A stretch of 17,402 nucleotides of DNA, taken from Bdellovibrionota bacterium FG-2 (GTDB taxonomy: Bacteria; Bdellovibrionota; UBA1018). Positions 14,216 to 17,402 of the stretch are shown in pieces (positions within the stretch are counted from its first letter, which is position 1; every line of letters starts with the position of its first letter). The notes under the pieces were generated by a model, which did no database searches, was not told the origin of the DNA, and was given only the letters and a program-made list of their open reading frames with translations. Location: NCBI GenBank assembly GCA_051382305.1, contig JBBCAV010000119.1, positions 1 through 17,402 of the forward strand, in the 5' to 3' direction. The position numbers were made by a program, and so were the translations under genes.

Positions 14216-15382
14216 ATGGTCGGAAGAATTATAAGTCCTCTTAATAATAAGAGTTTTTTCCTATTTGGGGTCCGCGGATCCGGCAAAACAACCTATTTGG
14301 AACGTAAATTCGCGCCTGAACAGGCGCTGTTTATCGATCTGCTTAATCCCGAGGTGTTAGAGGAATTTGTTTTTGATATTGCCCGTTTCAACGCAATCAT
14401 TACGCAATCAGAGAATGCGAAGAAGATTGTTGTTGTCGATGAAATCCAAAAGCTCCCTGCTCTTTTGGATTGGGTTCAAATTCATATTCAGAAAGGCAAG
14501 CGAGTATTTGTACTTACGGGGTCGAGTGCTCGAAGACTGAAGCAAGTCGGGAGTAATCTATTGGCGGGTCGCGCTCTTGTGTATTCGCTTTTTCCATTCT
14601 CAACTTTTGAGCTCGGTGAGAAGTTTGATTTGGATATGGCGCTTAATTGGGGGAGTTTGCCCGACGCCTATTGTGCTGAATCAAGGGAGCACGCCAAGGC
14701 GTATCTTAGTGCTTATGTTATTATGTATCTCGAAAAAGAAATTCAACAAGAGCAGTGGGTGCGCAAAATTGAACCTTTCCGGCGTTTTCTGAGGATCGCC
14801 GCCCAGATGAATGGGAAAATAATCAATTATTCTGCTATTGCAAAAGATGTCGGTGTCGATGACTCCACTGTGAAGGGGTATTTCGAAATTCTCGAGGACA
14901 CCCTTTTGGGGTTCATGCTCCCTTCCTACGACAAGTCGGTGCGAAAATCTCAAAGGGTTGCCCCTAAGTTTTACTTTGTAGATCCTGGGATCAAAAGAGC
15001 GATCGAAAAAATGTTAGCCTTTCCGCTGGCTCCCCAAACAGGGGCCTATGGCGAAGCTTTTGAACACTGGATTTTTCTTGAGCTGACCAAGTTGATTGCC
15101 TATTGTCAGACCGACTGGTCTCTGAGTTATTGTCGGTCCCGTGATGATGTAGAAATTGATTTTATTATTGAGCGCCCTAATCAGCCTACGATCCAGATCG
15201 AAGTGAAATCAAAGTTTAAAGTTTCTGCGGCTGATGCGAAGGCCCTCGAGACTCTTGGAAAAGATCTGGACCCCAAAGCGACTCGATATTTGTTATCGCA
15301 GGATCCGCTGGCGCAGGAGTTGGGCTCTACGCATGCTCGGCTGTGGATACAGGGGTTGAGGGATATCTTCGGCGTGAAGTAG
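14216..15382 (+). CDS. AAA+ ATPase of the AAA_14/DUF4143 type (ATPase - HTH - PD-(D/E)xK-like C-terminus)
   Basis: Walker A GVRGSGKT, Walker B VVVDEIQK, LTGSSAR, LAGRA, WGSLP, HTH INYSAIAKDVGVDDSTVKGYFEIL, PKFYFVDPG, GEAFEH and EIDFII...IEVKS. Confidence 0.92.
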   Translation: MVGRIISPLNNKSFFLFGVRGSGKTTYLERKFAPEQALFIDLLNPEVLEEFVFDIARFNAIITQSENAKKIVVVDEIQKLPALLDWVQIHIQKGKRVFVLTGSSARRLKQVGSNLLAGRALVYSLFPFSTFELGEKFDLDMALNWGSLPDAYCAESREHAKAYLSAYVIMYLEKEIQQEQWVRKIEPFRRFLRIAAQMNGKIINYSAIAKDVGVDDSTVKGYFEILEDTLLGFMLPSYDKSVRKSQRVAPKFYFVDPGIKRAIEKMLAFPLAPQTGAYGEAFEHWIFLELTKLIAYCQTDWSLSYCRSRDDVEIDFIIERPNQPTIQIEVKSKFKVSAADAKALETLGKDLDPKATRYLLSQDPLAQELGSTHARLWIQGLRDIFGVK

Positions 15383-15429
15383 GGGATGTAACAGTATGAA
15401 GGTGGCTTTATACTTTTCACAGTGATGCC

Positions 15430-16714
15430 TTAAAGGTGTCTTGTGTCGGAGAGTAGATCCTGCGCCCGCTGAAGCGCCAGTGCCGGATCGTCACCAAATC
15501 GCCTGGACAGAAGTTCAATCACTTCTTCGGCAGCAAATACACGCCCTGATTGTCGCCCCGTTCGCTCACGTACAATTTTCCGCGAACGAAGTTGCTCGCT
15601 TGCGCGACTTGCAGCGGGAGGGCTGACGGCGAGCTCTTGGCTCAATTGCTTGGCGGTAAAGATAGGGTTTGACAGTAACCAGGTGAGAGCCCGTGCCGAA
15701 GCAGAATTCTCTCGGAACGTTCCCCTTTTGAGCCAGAGGGCAGGGAGTTTCTCAATCCAGCTCTTGGTTTGTTCGGCTTCGCGGTTTGATGCAAAAAGTG
15801 CATCTGCGATGAGCATCGACGATGGGCCCATAATTGAGTTTCTTTTGAGCTTGTTGAAGGGCCCGAACGTACTCTCTTTTTTCTGCTTCGATGTATCCGG
15901 AGAGATAGATCGGGAGTTTTCCTGAGCAAGCCATTTGCAGTGCCAAAAGCATTCTGCCTACGCGGCCATTACCATCTGGAAATGGGTGAATGGCTTCAAA
16001 ATGGGAATGTCCTAGCGCCATTCGGACGGCAAGGGGTAAGCCCATGCCTGCATCCCCGAGTTCAATCGTTTCCAGGTCCGACATCCAATTCATAAAATCT
16101 TTAAGGCAGCGATGGACGTGTTTTGCGGGTGTAGGGTTATAGATAGAGTCTTCAGGTCTGCCAAGGGGCCCTATCCAGACAACGCTCCCTGGTTTGTTTG
16201 GTTCGCGCAGGTTTCCCGGGCGTCCTTTATAGTCGGGGTCTTTACTCATGACCGCTTTATGTAGCCGACAGACGAGATCTGCTGTAAAGATCGTGGCCCC
16301 TTTTTTCAGTGCCGGGAGGAATTCATGCTCTAGTGCCGTGGCATACCCTAATACAGACGCACGTCCCGACTTGCTCTCGTTTTGGTCGTAAACTTCTGCT
16401 GGAGTAAGAATGTGATCTATTGTTGAAAAAGTGCGTTCCATGCGAGAAGACTCGACTGCCTCGCGTCGGACATAGAGGGACGAAACAAGCTTATCCATTG
16501 TGGTGGCGAGGGCGGCAGTCGGTAGCTGTTCAATGAGTCGATTGGCTTTTGCAAGTGCCTGAGTCGGAAGTCCCTTTGGGCGTGTCTTGGGTACCGGAGG
16601 CGGGACCACAAACCACATATTCTTGTAGGTGGGGTCATCAACCTTCTCGACTCCGCAGGGCAGATCGGCAGTATATTTGCGTTTTAGCGTGGGGTGTAGG
16701 TCGTCGCGAGTCAT
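15430..16714 (-). pseudogene. Fic-family protein with C-terminal HTH, split by one frameshift near 15814 (true pseudogene or sequencing indel)
   Basis: EAVESSRME, HSHFEAIHPFPDGNGRVGRMLL and YVRALQQAQ in ORF 15752-16714. The reading ...YGPIVD continues as LIADALFAS...PIFTAKQLSQELAVSPPAASRA...ERTGRQSGRVFAAEEVI in the frame ending at 15430. Removing 1 nt gives a 427-aa ORF. Confidence 0.85.
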
Positions 16715-16763
16715 TTAACTTTATGAGTATAAGGTTAAATTGGGAGGGTTGCAATTTAACTTT
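16713..16763 (-). promoter_or_regulatory. Sigma70 promoter of the Fic gene with three GTTAAAT boxes
   Basis: Minus strand TTGCAA (16749-16754)-N17-TATACT (16726-16731), with ATG 11 nt downstream. ATTTAACTTT at 16713-16722 and 16754-16763; inverted AAGGTTAAAT at 16731-16740. Confidence 0.7.
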
Positions 16764-16764
16764 G

Positions 16765-17144
16765 TTTTTCGTTCACCCAGGTCCCCGTAGAGTGGTTGTT
16801 GACGAACGCTTCGATTGTCTTGTTGAGGGGGGCTACGATACAAGACTTTCAAGTGGATTGATTGTGCTGCGTCTTGAACGCTTCCAACCTGCGATATCAG
16901 GCGAAAGGATGTGGGGTCCGAACTGCACGTCAGGTCCAATTTCGATAATCGGCCTCTCTCCGAGTCCGTCGGAGTCGGCAGTATCGCCAATTTTTCCGCC
17001 GAGTTTTCGACTTGCGTAGCGATGTCCAAAATTTGGCTTTGCAGCAGCCGTCTCTAGTTGACCGTTGATTATTTCGGCACGGATGCCTTCTGGGAGCACC
17101 AAGAGTTCTTGGTACGTAGGAATTTTTTTTGCGGGTTCATTCAT
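16765..17144 (-). pseudogene. Uma2 (DUF820) family PD-(D/E)xK endonuclease, disrupted and C-terminally truncated
   Basis: TYQELLVLPEGIRAEIINGQL...P...H and GPHILSPDIAGWKRSR are typical of the Uma2 N-half. Stop at 16833-16835; expected downstream fragments (PSTR, QPLYGDLG) lie after the stop or in another frame, and the PDW-x-x-EVLS motif is missing. Confidence 0.75.
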
Positions 17145-17149
17145 AACTG

Positions 17150-17402
17150 TTAAGCGGCTCGCTTTTTGCGGGTGCGCCCTTTGATCTCTTCGAGCTTATG
17201 GGTAATTCGTCCTTTGTTAACAGAAACTTCAACTCGGTAACGACCCAATAGGAGCGTCTGATGGTTTTTTGTTTCCTCTACGTGCTCTGGTTAGCGGCGT
17301 AAGGCACCAAGCAGGGCGGATCTGACCGGACGATTTGCCGCAGTTGGCCGAGGTTTCCTTTTCGAGGAGGAAGCCCATGTCTAAAAATGCGACGTCCCGT
17401 AG
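17150..17402 (-). pseudogene. 3' part of an unidentified gene running off the window, apparently frameshifted
   Basis: Frame ending ...HQTLLLGRYRVEVSVNKGRITHKLEEIKGRTRKKRAA* stops 5 nt before the Uma2 ATG. That frame is closed upstream by TAA, while protein-like text appears in other frames. Confidence 0.35.

Noticed and set aside
16721-17029. 102-aa minus-strand ORF overlapping Uma2
   Set aside because: An alternative frame of the Uma2 pseudogene; only the short QPLYGDLG part looks like displaced Uma2 sequence.
1-17402. CRISPR array, tRNA, rRNA or recognisable riboswitch
   Set aside because: No regularly spaced repeats or recognisable RNA gene were seen by eye; intergenic spaces are short. 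A covariance-model scan was not run.

Overview
Bacterial chromosomal window of roughly 50% GC; gene content suggests a motile Gram-negative organism, possibly Bdellovibrionota/Oligoflexia-like (inference only). Left to right: an RHH-antitoxin/PemK-MazF toxin pair with tandem operators, followed by a DUF2461 gene; a minus-strand run of a putative outer-membrane beta-barrel, a secreted clostripain (C11) peptidase, a minimal RecQ-type helicase, an LPG-synthase-TM flippase-like protein, a class I glutamine amidotransferase and a GT2 glycosyltransferase; a divergent ugd; an IS481-family element with 20-bp inverted repeats; a four-gene chemotaxis-like operon; an AAA_14/DUF4143 ATPase; and a decayed tail with a frameshifted Fic gene, a broken Uma2 nuclease and a gene remnant. 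The best candidate for an undescribed system is the operon at 10691-14156. It has a near-consensus sigma28 promoter with an apparently leaderless start, a CheA-like kinase with an N-terminal receiver and no CheW-like P5 domain, two CheY-like receivers, and a Cys-rich STAS-CheX phosphatase fusion, with no CheW, MCP, CheR or CheB in the operon. All family calls come from motif recognition by eye; no searches were run.
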